64,000 nucleotides of DNA from Auanema rhodensis (lineage: Eukaryota > Animalia > Nematoda), in contig OZ059899.1 of NCBI GenBank assembly GCA_964057225.1, forward strand, positions 16,058,001 through 16,122,000, read 5' to 3'. Within the stretch, counting starts at the first letter, position 1, and each line of letters starts with the position of its first letter. Both the position numbers and the translations under genes were made by a program. The notes under the pieces were generated by a model. The model saw nothing but the letters and a program-made list of their open reading frames with translations. It was not told the origin of the DNA and ran no database searches. Shown here one piece after another: positions 12,501 through 26,000 of this stretch.

Positions 12501-15500
12501 TTTTAGCTACGTTGGAATGTCAAAAAATATCTGATGAGAGTGGGATTCGAACCCACGCCTCCGAAGAGACTGGTGCCTTAAACCAGCGCCTTAGACCGCT
12601 CGGCCATCTCACCTTGATGTGACTATTTCAGTCGTATGTTATATTTCAATTTGATCATCGCAATAGGGTAAAAACAATTTTAGCTACGTTGGAATGTCAA
12701 AAAATATCTGATGAGAGTGGGATTCGAACCCACGCCTCCGAAGAGACTGGTGCCTTAAACCAGCGCCTTAGACCGCTCGGCCATCTCAACTTGATGTGAC
12801 TATTTCTGTCGTATGTTATATTTGAATTTGATCATCGCAGTAGGGTAAAAACAATTCTAGCTACGTTGGAATGTCAAAAACTATCTGATGAGAGTGGGAT
12901 TCGAACCCACGCCTCCGAAGAGACTGGTGCCTTAAACCAGCGCCTTAGACCGCTCGGCCATCTCACCTTGATGTGACTATTTCAGTCGTATGTTATATTT
13001 CAATTTGATCATCGCAATAGGGTAAAAACAATTTTAGCTACGTTGGAATGTCAAAAAATATCTGATGAGAGTGGGATTCGAACCCACGCCTCCGAAGAGA
13101 CTGGTGCCTTAAACCAGCGCCTTAGACCGCTCGGCCATCTCACCTTGATGTGACTATTTCGGTTGTATGTTATATTTGAATTTGATCATAACAGTAGGGT
13201 AAAAACAATTTTAGCAACGTTGGAATGTCAAAAAATATCTGATGAGAGTGGGATTCGAACCCACGCCTCCGAAGAGACTGGTGCCTTAAACCAGCGCCTT
13301 AGACCGCTCGGCCATCTCACCTTGATGTGGCATTTTCAGTCGTATGTTATATTTCAATTTGATCATCGCAATAGGGTAAAAACAATTTTAGCTACGTTGG
13401 AATGTCAAAAAATATCTGATGAGAGTGGGATTCGAACCCACGCCTCCGAAGAGACTGGTGCCTTAAACCAGCGCCTTAGACCGCTCGGCCATCTCACCTT
13501 GATGTGACTATTTCAGTCGTATGTTATATTTCAATTTGATCATCGCAATAGGGTAAAAACAATTTTAGCTACGTTGGAATGTCAAAAAATATCTGATGAG
13601 AGTGGGATTCGAACCCACGCCTCCGAAGAGACTGGTGCCTTAAACCAGCGCCTTACACTGCTCGGCCATCTCACCTTGATGTGACTATTTCGGTTGTATG
13701 TTATATTTGAATTTGATCATAACAGTAGGGTAAAAACAATTTTAGCAACGTTGGAATGTCAAAAAATATCTGATGAGAGTGGGATTCGAACCCACGCCTC
13801 CGAAGAGACTGGTGCCTTAAACCAGCGCCTTAGACCGCTCGGCCATCTCACCTTGATGTGGCATTTTCAGTCGTATGTTATATTTCAATTTGATCATCGC
13901 AATAGGGTAAAAACAATTTTAGCTACGTTGGAATGTCAAAAAATATCTGATGAGAGTGGGATTCGAACCCACGCCTCCGAAGAGACTGGTGCCTTAAACC
14001 AGCGCCTTAGACCGCTCGGCCGTGTCACCATGATGTGACTATTTCTGTCGTATGTTATATTTGAATTTGATCATCGCAGTAGGGTAAAAACAATTCTAGC
14101 TACGTTGGAATGTCAAAAACTATCTGATGAGAGTGGGATTCGAACCCACGCCTCCGAAGAGACTGGTGCCTTAAACCAGCGCCTTAGACCGCTCGGCCAT
14201 CTCACCTTGATGTGACTATTTCAGTCGTATGTTATATTTCAATTTGATCATCGCAATAGGGTAAAAACAATTTTAGCTACGTTGGAATGTCAAAAAATAT
14301 CTGATGAGAGTGGGATTCGAACCCACGCCTCCGAAGAGACTGGTGCCTTAAACCAGCGCCTTAGACCGCTCGGCCGTGTCACCATGATGTGACTATTTCT
14401 GTCGTATGTTATATTTGAATTTGATCATCGCAGTAGGGTAAAAACAATTCTAGCTACGTTGGAATGTCAAAAACTATCTGATGAGAGTGGGATTCGAACC
14501 CACGCCTCCGAAGAGACTGGTGCCTAAAACCAGCGCCTTACACCGCTCGGCCATCTCACCATGATGTGACTATTTCAGTCGTATGTTATATTTCAATTTG
14601 ATCATCGCATTGGGGTAAAAACAATTTTAGCTAAGTCGGAATGTCAAAAAATATCTCATGAGAGTGGGATTCGAACCCACGCCTCCGAAGAGACTGGTGC
14701 CTTAAACCAGCGCCTTAGACCGCTCGGCCGTGTCACCATGATGTGACTATTTCTGTCGTATGTTATATTTGAATTTGATCATCGCAGTAGGGTAAAAACA
14801 ATTCTAGCTACGTTGGAATGTCAAAAACTATCTGATGAGAGTGGGATTCGAACCCACGCCTCCGAAGAGACTGGTGCCTAAAACCAGCGCCTTAGACCGC
14901 TCGGCCATCTCACCTTGATGTGGCATTTTCAGTCGTATGTTATATTTCAATTTGATCATCGCAATAGGGTAAAAACAATTTTAGCTACGTTGGAATGTCA
15001 AAAAATATCTGATGAGAGTGGGATTCGAACCCACGCCTCCGAAGAGACTGGTGCCTTAAACCAGCGCCTTAGACCGCTCGGCCATCTCACCTTGATGTGA
15101 CTATTTCATGTCGTATGTTATATTCGAATTTGATCATCGCAGTAGGGTAAAAACAATTTTAGCTACGTTGGAATGTCAAAAAATATCTGATGAGAGTGGG
15201 ATTCGAACCCACGCCTCCGAAGAGACTGGTGCCTAAAACCAGCGCCTTAGACCGCTCGGCCATCTCACCTTGATGTGACTATTTCAGTCGTATGTTATAT
15301 TTCAATTTGATCATCGCAATAGGGTAAAAACAATTTTAGCTAAGTTGAAATGTCAAAAAATATCTGATGAGAGTGGGATTCGAACCCACGCCTCCGAAGA
15401 GACTGGTGCCTTAAACCAGCGCCTTAGACTGCTCGGCCATCTCACCTTGATGTGACTATTTCGGTTGTATGTTATATTTGAATTTGATCATAACAGTAGG

Positions 15501-18500
15501 GTAAAAACAATTTTAGCAACGTTGGAATGTCAAAAAATATCTGATGAGAGTGGGATTCGAACCCACGCCTCCGAAGAGACTGGTGCCTTAAACCAGCGCC
15601 TTAGACCGCTCGGCCATCTCACCTTGATGTGGCATTTTCAGTCGTATGTTATATTTCAATTTGATCATCGCAATAGGGTAAAAACAATTTTAGCTACGTT
15701 GGAATGTCAAAAAATATCTGATGAGAGTGGGATTCGAACCCACGCCTCCGAAGAGACTGGTGCCTTAAACCAGCGCCTTAGACCGCTCGGCCGTGTCACC
15801 ATGATGTGACTATTTCTGTCGTATGTTATATTTGAATTTGATCATCGCAGTAGGGTAAAAACAATTCTAGCTACGTTGGAATGTCAAAAACTATCTGATG
15901 AGAGTGGGATTCGAACCCACGCCTCCGAAGAGACTGGTGCCTTAAACCAGCGCCTTAGACCGCTCGGCCATCTCACCTTGATGTGACTATTTCAGTCGTA
16001 TGTTATATTTCAATTTGATCATCGCAATAGGGTAAAAACAATTTTAGCTACGTTGGAATGTCAAAAAATATCTGATGAGAGTGGGATTCGAACCCACGCC
16101 TCCGAAGAGACTGGTGCCTTAAACCAGCGCCTTAGACAGCTCGGCCATCTCACCTTGATGTGACTATTTCGGTTGTATGTTATATTTGAATTTGATCATA
16201 ACAGTAGGGTAAAAACAATTTTAGCAACGTTGGAATGTCAAAAAATATCTGATGAGAGTGGGATTCGAACCCACGCCTCCGAAGAGACTGGTGCCTTAAA
16301 CCAGCGCCTTAGACCGCTCGGCCATCTCACCTTGATGTGGCATTTTCAGTCGTATGTTATATTTCAATTTGATCATCGCAATAGGGTAAAAACAATTTTA
16401 GCTACGTTGGAATGTCAAAAAATATCTGATGAGAGTGGGATTCGAACCCACGCCTCCGAAGAGACTGGTGCCTTAAACCAGCGCCTTAGACCGCTCGGCC
16501 ATCTCACCTTGATGTGACTATTTCAGTCGTATGTTATATTTCAATTTGATCATCGCAATAGGGTAAAAACAATTTTAGCTACGTTGGAATGTCAAAAAAT
16601 ATCTGATGAGAGTGGGATTCGAACCCACGCCTCCGAAGAGACTGGTGCCTTAAACCAGCGCCTTAGACTGCTCGGCCATCTCACCTTGATGTGACTATTT
16701 CGGTTGTATGTTATATTTGAATTTGATCATAACAGTAGGGTAAAAACAATTTTAGCAACGTTGGAATGTCAAAAAATATCTGATGAGAGTGGGATTCGAA
16801 CCCACGCCTCCGAAGAGACTGGTGCCTTAAACCAGCGCCTTAGACCGCTCGGCCATCTCACCTTGATGTGGCATTTTCAGTCGTATGTTATATTTCAATT
16901 TGATCATCGCAATAGGGTAAAAACAATTTTAGCTACGTTGGAATGTCAAAAAATATCTGATGAGAGTGGGATTCGAACCCACGCCTCCGAAGAGACTGGT
17001 GCCTTAAACCAGCGCCTTAGACCGCTCGGCCGTGTCACCATGATGTGACTATTTCTGTCGTATGTTATATTTGAATTTGATCATCGCAGTAGGGTAAAAA
17101 CAATTCTAGCTACGTTGGAATGTCAAAAACTATCTGATGAGAGTGGGATTCGAACCCACGCCTCCGAAGAGACTGGTGCCTTAAACCAGCGCCTTAGACC
17201 GCTCGGCCATCTCACCTTGATGTGACTATTTCAGTCGTATGTTATATTTCAATTTGATCATCGCAATAGGGTAAAAACAATTTTAGCTACGTTGGAATGT
17301 CAAAAAATATCTGATGAGAGTGGGATTCGAACCCACGCCTCCGAAGAGACTGGTGCCTTAAACCAGCGCCTTAGACCGCTCGGCCGTGTCACCATGATGT
17401 GACTATTTCTGTCGTATGTTATATTTGAATTTGATCATCGCAGTAGGGTAAAAACAATTCTAGCTACGTTGGAATGTCAAAAACTATCTGATGAGAGTGG
17501 GATTCGAACCCACGCCTCCGAAGAGACTGGTGCCTAAAACCAGCGCCTTACACCGCTCGGCCATCTCACCATGATGTGACTATTTCAGTCGTATGTTATA
17601 TTTCAATTTGATCATCGCATTGGGGTAAAAACAATTTTAGCTAAGTCGGAATGTCAAAAAATATCTCATGAGAGTGGGATTCGAACCCACGCCTCCGAAG
17701 AGACTGGTGCCTTAAACCAGCGCCTTAGACCGCTCGGCCATCTCACCTTGATGTGACTATTTCAGTCGTATGTTATATTCGAATTTGATCATCGGAGTAG
17801 GGTAAAAACAATTTTAGCTAAGTTGGAATGTCAAAAAATATCTGATGAGAGTGGGATTCGAACCCACGCCTCCGAAGAGACTGGTGCCTTAAACCAGCGC
17901 CTTAGACCGCTCGGCCATCTCACCTTGATGTGACTATTTCAGTCGTATGTTATATTTCAATTTGATCATCGCAATAGGGTAAAAACAATTTTAGCTACGT
18001 TGGAATGTCAAAAAATATCTGATGAGAGTGGGATTCGAACCCACGCCTCCGAAGAGACTGGTGCCTTAAACCAGCGCCTTAGACCGCTCGGCCATCTCAC
18101 CTTGATGTGACTATTTCAGTCGTATGTTATATTTCAATTTGATCATCGCAATAGGGTAAAAACAATTTTAGCTACGTTGGAATGTCAAAAAATATCTGAT
18201 GAGAGTGGGATTCGAACCCACGCCTCCGAAGAGACTGGTGCCTTAAACCAGCGCCTTAGACCGCTCGGCCATCTCACCTTGATGTGACTATTTCAGTCGT
18301 ATGTTATATTTCAATTTGATCATCGCAATAGGGTAAAAACAATTCTAGCTACGTTGGAATGTCAAAAACTATCTGATGAGAGTGGGATTCGAACCCACGC
18401 CTCCGAAGAGACTGGTGCCTAAAACCAGCGCCTTACACCGCTCGGCCATCTCACCATGATGTGACTATTTCAGTCGTATGTTATATTTCAATTTGATCAT

Positions 18501-19199
18501 CGCATTGGGGTAAAAACAATTTTAGCTAAGTCGGAATGTCAAAAAATATCTCATGAGAGTGGGATTCGAACCCACGCCTCCGAAGAGACTGGTGCCTTAA
18601 ACCAGCGCCTTAGACCGCTCGGCCATCTCACCTTGATGTGACTATTTCAGTCGTATGTTATATTCGAATTTGATCATCGGAGTAGGGTAAAAACAATTTT
18701 AGCTAAGTTGGAATGTCAAAAAATATCTGATGAGAGTGGGATTCGAACCCACGCCTCCGAAGAGACTGGTGCCTTAAACCAGCGCCTTAGACCGCTCGGC
18801 CATCTCACCTTGATGTGGCATTTTCAGTCGTATGTTATATTTCAATTTGATCATCGCAATAGGGTAAAAAAATTTTTAACTACGTTGGAATGTCAAAAAA
18901 TATCTGATGAGAGTGGGATTCGAACCCACGCCTCCGAAGAGACTGGTGCCTTAAACCAGCGCCTTAGACCGCTCGGCCATCTCACCTTGATGTGACTATT
19001 TCAGTCGTATGTTATATTCGAATTTGATCATCGCAGTAGGGTAAAAACAATTTTAGCTAAGTTGGAATGTCAAAAAATATCTGATGAGAGTGGGATTCGA
19101 ACCCACGCCTCCGAAGAGACTGGTGCCTTAAACCAGCGCCTTAGACCGCTCGGCCATCTCACCTTGATGTGGCATTTTCAGTCCTATGTTATATTTCAA
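3600..19199 (-). tRNA. tRNA-Leu cluster, segment 2 (~88 units, AAG-dominated)
   Basis: Uninterrupted 15.6-kb run of units, including 18 consecutive AAG units between ~11290 and ~14390. Confidence 0.93.
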
Positions 19200-19548
19200 A
19201 AAACCTTCTGTTTCGCATGTTTTCTTTTTGTGGAGCTGTTGCATACATGAAAAGTGTTCATTAAAGATGTTAAGTAATCGTTCTAACTGATCTTTTGATA
19301 ATGATTTTCAAATTGCTGAGAGTGTGTGATGGATCAATATTGTAAATGAAATGAAATATTAAATTTTAAATATGCTAGTTTACTGACCTTATTAATGCTC
19401 TTGTTGTTTGATTTTTGTAGCTACGGCACTTTATGAAAGTGAGTAGTAGCGTTCCTGTTGTCCCCCTGGCCCTGGTATCAGAATCTCGTCATCTGAATCG
19501 GCTGTTGAGCTATAATGAAAATTGATTACAAATCGAGGTATTTGAAAC

Positions 19549-22283
19549 CTATTCCATGTCGTAGTAGTTTCTCTTACGGTTCGTTTTCGAAAATTGAGAA
19601 CCAAATCTTCTGTGATCAAACTTTGATCCGTCAGCTGGTCTCAATTGCTCAGCTTGTACATCTCGCACTGTTCTCTCATTTCTTTTTCGTTCCAGATTTT
19701 CCACGATCGCTCTTTTCTTCGTTTCGTTTTCTAACGATATGAAGACAGCTAGCCTGGAACAAAAATATAATATTTTGTTTCTCAAACTTAAGAAACCTGT
19801 GTTGGCAGAGAGCATGCTTAGGGCAATTTCGTTGCGTGCATCCCGGACTGGAGCATACAAGCTCATTATTGGTATCATTGACACATCCCAATCTGGAATA
19901 ACAATGATAAACTCAAAATAAAAAATCTTAGCTTACGCTCCCGTACTGTCCTTGGTGAAATATATGCCTGCCTTTGCAGCAGGAAATACTTCCAAACGCT
20001 GAACAGTTTCAAAAAACATGTCCGCATTGCTGGTCCCGACTGGCTCACTCATCCATGATGGATAGCTTGACAACGCATTTTCAAAAATGAAATCACTCAA
20101 ACCGAAAAGTTTGAGCTTATTCATTTTTTCAATGCGTGTCATTACTAACCACTCATGGTTTTCAACATGAAAATGAGTGGCCAGTTTGTCGGATTTCTGA
20201 TGAACGGCTCCAATTCGTTCTTTAATTTCTTCTATAAAAAAATTACTAGTTATTTTCATTATGTTTTGATTACCTTCATGTAGTTGTAGCATTTTTTCTA
20301 GAACTTGATGAGCCGGAATAGGGTGAGGTATTCTAGCGTTCAATTGAGAATTCTTCGACTCCAACAAGCTTGTTGAAAAAAATTGTTGGCTTTGCCCAGC
20401 TCTCAATTTTTGAATCAAACTATTGGTTTGATATAAATCGTCCTTGTTGGTAAGAAGCCTAAATTAAAAAAAATAAAAGAATTCAAAAAAAACCAACCAT
20501 TGTCGAGTTCTTTCTCCACAATTCCTTACAATATCTTGGATTTTCCTTTCATATTCATCACGGTTTTGTGATGATAGAGCCCCTTTCCTCATGATCGTTC
20601 CATATTCAGTCTTAAAACATAAAAATAGTGTTTAAAAACAATATCAAGTATACCTCTTTTTTTCTTCCAAATATTTTATGGAGGATGTGTTCCTTTCTCT
20701 CAGCATCATCGTCCTTGCCGAATGTGCTTTTGATATTCTCCATTCGGTGCACGGAACATCTTAGCGGTACAGCATCTTTTAAAAATGATCCCTAAAATAA
20801 AGAACAATTAAACCTTATGTAAAAAAATTTCTTACAGTATTGTATGCTTTAAAAGCATCTTCTCCATCATGACACAAACCAGCGATTTTTTTGTGTTTTC
20901 CATATTGTGAGAGCATCTTATTTAAAAATGCTGAGAAAGCTTCATGGTTGGAAGCATGTTTGGTACTATGTACCATACATGCAAGCATTATGCCTGCATT
21001 TTTTCCAGATTTTTTCGACCTCAATATACAAAATTTTAAAAAAAGATATGATTAATGAAAACTTACGTAAACATGTCGGATACACCAAGAGCTAACGTTA
21101 TGTACTCACCACTACTGATTGAGAACGTCGTATCAATCATTATAATGCTGCCTATTGTTGGGAGGGCTCCAGAATCATTTACTTGGTTTAAAATCCTCAG
21201 TGAAATATGAAAAAAATTAAGTTTCAATGATAAAATACTCACCAAAAGCTTCCTTTGCCTCTTGTTTTGGCAAATATTGAATGCTTTCAACAAAGCGGAG
21301 GTGGTCATCCATGTCTTCAACCGTTGGCAATGACGCACAAAAATGTTTAAAAGCTGCTGGGTATCCAACAATCTGACAGAACGCTACACCACGATCTAGA
21401 ATGTAAATTATTACTATTAAAACAAATAAAAATAAAATTTAACCTGTTCTTTCTACTTTAATTGGCTCCATATGCTCTACCTTCATGCTGCCATTCGCGA
21501 ATCTATCAACAAGCTTGTTGATATCGCTGGGTGATCGCTTATCAGTGCCCGACTTAATGTGGGTGCTAACACTGCGAGCAAGACTGGTCAGCTAAAAATG
21601 AAAATTTAGAAAAAACATGAAACTTTCACACTTGCCTGACTAGAGCTGATCTCAGAATCCTTGAGCATTTCCTTAGCAGCAGCTGTTGTTCTGTTTTCCA
21701 GAACATTTTTGACATCTTGGCTAACGGAAGGCAATATTATCTGCTTCGCGGGCACGAAGTTTTGCAGAGATTCCTAAATATAGTACATAGAGCAAAAAGC
21801 AAAATAAGAGAACTTGCCTGTACGTTGTAAATTATTAAAACGGGTTCAATAATTTTTTCCTTGCCTTGTACGATCATATGAATCTAAAACAAAAATTAAT
21901 TGTAAATATTAAATAAACAAAACACCTCTTTGGTGATATCCATATCGGGACTTACAGCGGATGGTTCTGTAAGTAAATTCGGCACAATCATCCTTGGAGC
22001 AAAGGATGTATTGCCCGTCAACCAGTTTACAACCTCTGGGAGAGGTCTTGTTGTTAATAGCAGGCAGACCATTGCCTCCTGAAACAAACTATATATAGAA
22101 ACTTGAAAATATAAAACTAACCTTTTCTGTTCCATGAAGTGAAGATATCCCGAGTAATATCCTTGTAGACAATGAATTGTCTTTTTGAAATTCTACAAAA
22201 ATTTTTAACCTGATGCATGCCCAATAAATCAGGCATGCAATCAAGAACAGCAATGCTGTTATCGAAAAGGAGTTCGAAAGCAT
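19549..22283 (-). CDS. Multi-exon MULE-family DDE transposase (5' and 3' limits uncertain; possible frameshift in 5' exons)
   Basis: Joining exons across short introns gives IMIDTTFSI (first Asp, ~21133), LACMVHSTK, LCHDGEDAF (second Asp, ~20867), LRCSVH (CxxH, ~20750) and STSLLESKNSQLN (catalytic Glu, ~20360), in the canonical MULE order. Confidence 0.8.
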
Positions 22284-22899
22284 TCATAGTTAAAAGGTTT
22301 AGGTAAGCGTTAAACGTGAAGTTTAAAATTGGTTTGATTAAATCAAATTATTTTTTGTGTTCATGATGATGTTCACAATTTTTGTTTTTTTATGAACTAT
22401 ATATGACGCTCAATTGTCATCCAATTGATGGTAGGTGTCATTAATATAGTATACCGGAGGGTTCAACACGCGTAATAATGAACTTATGTTACATTTTTCT
22501 TAGATATGAACAATATTTCTAACACTTATAAGACAATCTTGTCAAATATTAATATTTACTTTTATTAATAAGTTCCATATCAGTCTAGATAAAACATTTT
22601 AGAAACTTCATATGCATTAAGGTTCTTTGATAATAGATTTTATTTCAGTTTACAAAAATTTTGAGATTAGGATGATTTAGATTTTGACTTTTCTTACTAT
22701 ATCTTTTTAAAACTTATACTTTTAAATTTAATCATCAATCATTTGAAAAAAAACTTACATTTTCACATCTTTATCATATTTGTTTGTTATACCTGAAAAC
22801 TTCTTCAAAATACTCAAAACTCCAAAATTCAAAATTTTGTTTAATTTGGTTTTTTTTTAAATTTTTTTTTTAAAAAAACAAAATTTTGTTTAATTTGGT

Positions 22900-23056
22900 A
22901 TACTTGGTAAACCTTGCGAAGTGTTCACAAATTAATATTGGGTATACTTTGGTAAACCTGGTAAACCTGGTATACCATATAACTATGGTAAACTTGTCTA
23001 TTTCTTGGTAAACCTAGTTTGGTAAACCTGAAGTTTGGTAAACTTGTCAGTTTACC
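22900..23056. repeat. MULE terminal region with repeated GGTAAAC motifs and a terminal palindrome
   Basis: TGGTAAAC occurs 7 times; the end is GGTAAAC-TTGTCA-GTTTACC. Confidence 0.8.
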
Positions 23057-26000
23057 CACGCCTCCGAAGAGACTGGTGCCTTAAACCAGCGCCTTAGACC
23101 GCTCGGCCATCTCACCTTGATGTGACTATTTCTGTCGTATGTTATATTTGAATTCGATCATCGCAGTAGGGTGAAAACAATTTTAGCTACGTTGGAATAT
23201 CAAAAAATAATCTGATGAGAGTGGGATTCGAACCCACGCCTCCGAAGAGACTGGTGCCTAAAACCAGCGCCTTAGACCGCTCGGCCATCTCACCTTGACG
23301 TGACTATTTCAGTCGTATGTTATATTTGAATTTCATCATAGCAGTAGGGTAAAAACAAATTTAGCAACATTGGAATGTCAAAAAATATCTGATGAGAGTG
23401 GGATTCGAACCCACGCCTCCGAAGAGACTGGTGCCTAAAACCAGCGCCTTAGACCGCTCGGCCATCTCACCTTGATGTGACTATTTCTGTCGTATGTTAT
23501 ATTTGAATTCGATCATCGCAGTAGGGTGAAAACAATTTTAGCTACGTTGGAATATCAAAAAATAATCTGATGAGAGTGGGATTCGAACCCACGCCTCCGA
23601 AGAGACTGGTGCCTAAAACCAGCGCCTTAGACCGCTCGGCCATCTCACCATGATGTGACTACTTCTGTTGTATGCTATATTCGAATTTGATCATCGCAGT
23701 AGGGTAAAAACAATTTTAGCTAAGTTGGAATGCCAAAAAATATCTGATGAGAGTGGGATTCGAACCCACGCCTCCGAAGAGACTGGTGCCTTAAACCAGC
23801 GCCTTAGACCACTCGGCCATCTCACCATGATGTGACTACTTCTGTTGTATGCTATATTCGAATTTGATCATAGCAGTGGGGTAAAAACAATTTTAGCAAC
23901 GTTGGAATGTCAAAAAATATTTGATGAGAGTGGGATTCGAACCCAGGCCTCCGAAGAGACTGGTGCCTAAAACCAGCGCCTTAGACCGCTCGGCCATCTC
24001 ACCATGATGTGACTACTTCTGTTGTATGCTATATTCGAATTTGATCATAGCAGTAGGGTAAAAACAATTTTAGCAACGTTGGAATGTCAAAAAATATCTG
24101 ATGAGAGTGGGATTCGAACCCACGCCTCCGAAGAGACTGGTGCCTAAAACCAGCGCCTTAGACCGCTCGGCCATCTCACCTTGATGTGACTATTTCAGTC
24201 GTATGTTATATTTGAATTTCATCATCGCAGTAGGGTAAAAACAATTTTAGCAACGTTGGAATGTCAAAAAATGATCTGATGAGAGTGGGATTCGAACCCA
24301 CGCCTCCGAAGAGACTGGTGCCTTAAACCAGCGCCTTAGACCGCTCGGCCATCTCACCTTGATGTGACTATTTCAGTCGTATCTTATATTTGAATTTCAT
24401 CATAGCAGTAGGGTAAAAACAATTTTAGCAACGTTGGTATGTCAAAAAATGATCTGATGAGAGTGGGATTCGAACCCACGCCTCCGAAGAGACTGGTGCC
24501 TTAAACCAGCGCCTTAGACCGCTCGGCCATCTCACCATGATGTGACTACTTCTGTTGTATGCTATATTCGAATTTGATCATAGCAGTAGGGTAAAAACAA
24601 TTTTAGCAACGTTGGAATGTCAAAAAATATCTGATGAGAGTGGGATTCGAACCCACGCCTCCGAAGAGACTGGTGCCTAAAACCAGCGCCTTAGACCGCT
24701 CGGCCATCTCACCTTGATGTGACTATTTCAGTCGTATGTTATATTTGAATTTGATCATCGCAGTGGGGTAAAAACAATTTTAGCTAAGTTGGAATGTCAA
24801 AAAATATCTGATGAGAGTGGGATTCGAACCCACGCCTCCGAAGAGACTGGTGCCTAAAACCAGCGCCTTAGACCACTCGGCCATCTCACCATGTTGTGAC
24901 TATTTCTGTCGTATGTTATATTCGAATTTGATCATCGCAGTAGGGTAAAAACAATTTTAGCTAAGTTGGAATGCCAAAAAATATCTGATGAGAGTGGGAT
25001 TCGAACCCACGCCTCCGAAGAGACTGGTGCCTTAAACCAGCGCCTTAGACCACTCGGCCATCTCACCATGTTGTGACTATTTCTGTCGTATGTTATATTT
25101 GAATTTCATCATAGCAGTAGGGTAAAAACAATTTTAGCTAAGTCGGAATGTCAAAAAATATCTCATGAGAGTGGGATTCGAACCCACGCCTCCGAAGAGA
25201 CTGGTGCCTAAAACCAGCGCCTTAGACCGCTCGGCCATCTCACCATGATGTGACTACTTCTGTTGTATGCTATATTCGAATTTGATCATCGCAGTAGGGT
25301 AAAAACAATTTTAGCTACGTTGGAATATCAAAAAATAATCTGATGAGAGTGGGATTCGAACCCACGCCTCCGAAGAGACTGGTGCCTAAAACCTGCGCCT
25401 TAGACCGCTCGGCCATCTCACCTTGACGTGACTATTTCAGTCGTATGTTATATTTGAATTTGATCATCGCAGTGGGGTAAAAACAATTTTAGCTAAGTTG
25501 GAATGTCAAAAAATATCTGATGAGAGTGGGATTCGAACCCACGCCTCCGAAGAGACTGGTGCCTAAAACCAGCGCCTTAGACCACTCGGCCATCTCACCA
25601 TGTTGTGACTATTTCTGTCGTATGTTATATTTGAATTTCATCATAGCAGTAGGGTAAAAACAATTTTAGCTACGTTGGAATATCAAAAAATAATCTGATG
25701 AGAGTGGGATTCGAACCCACGCCTCCGAAGAGACTGGTGCTTAAAACCAGCGCCTTAGACCGCTCGGCCATCTCACCATGATTTGACTACTTCTGTTGTA
25801 TGCTATATTCGAATTTGATCATCGCAGTAGGGTAAAAACAATTTTAGCTAAGTTGGAATGCCAAAAAATATCTGATGAGAGTGGGATTCGAACCCACGCC
25901 TCCGAAGAGACTGGTGCCTAAAACCAGCGCCTTAGACCGCTCGGCCATCTCACCATGATGTGACTACTTCTGTTGTATGCTATATTCAAATTTGATCATC

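Larger units (their letters stand above)
19200..23056 (-). mobile_element. Mutator-like (MULE) DNA transposon with one terminus retained
   Basis: Spliced transposase with MULE motifs. The right end reads GGTAAACTGACAAGTTTACC... on the minus strand, carries seven internal GGTAAAC motifs and abuts the tRNA T arm. No matching terminus at the left junction. Confidence 0.85.

Noticed and set aside
637-19250. Repeated 61-114 aa ORFs (ECQKISDESGIRTHASEETGALNQRLRPLGHL)
   Set aside because: Antisense translations of the tRNA unit. Because 177 is divisible by 3, they open or close with single SNPs, and most use non-ATG starts.
22209-22240. Small inverted repeat CCTGAT/ATCAGG with TGCATGCC/GGCATGCA
   Set aside because: Short, single occurrence, no assignable function.
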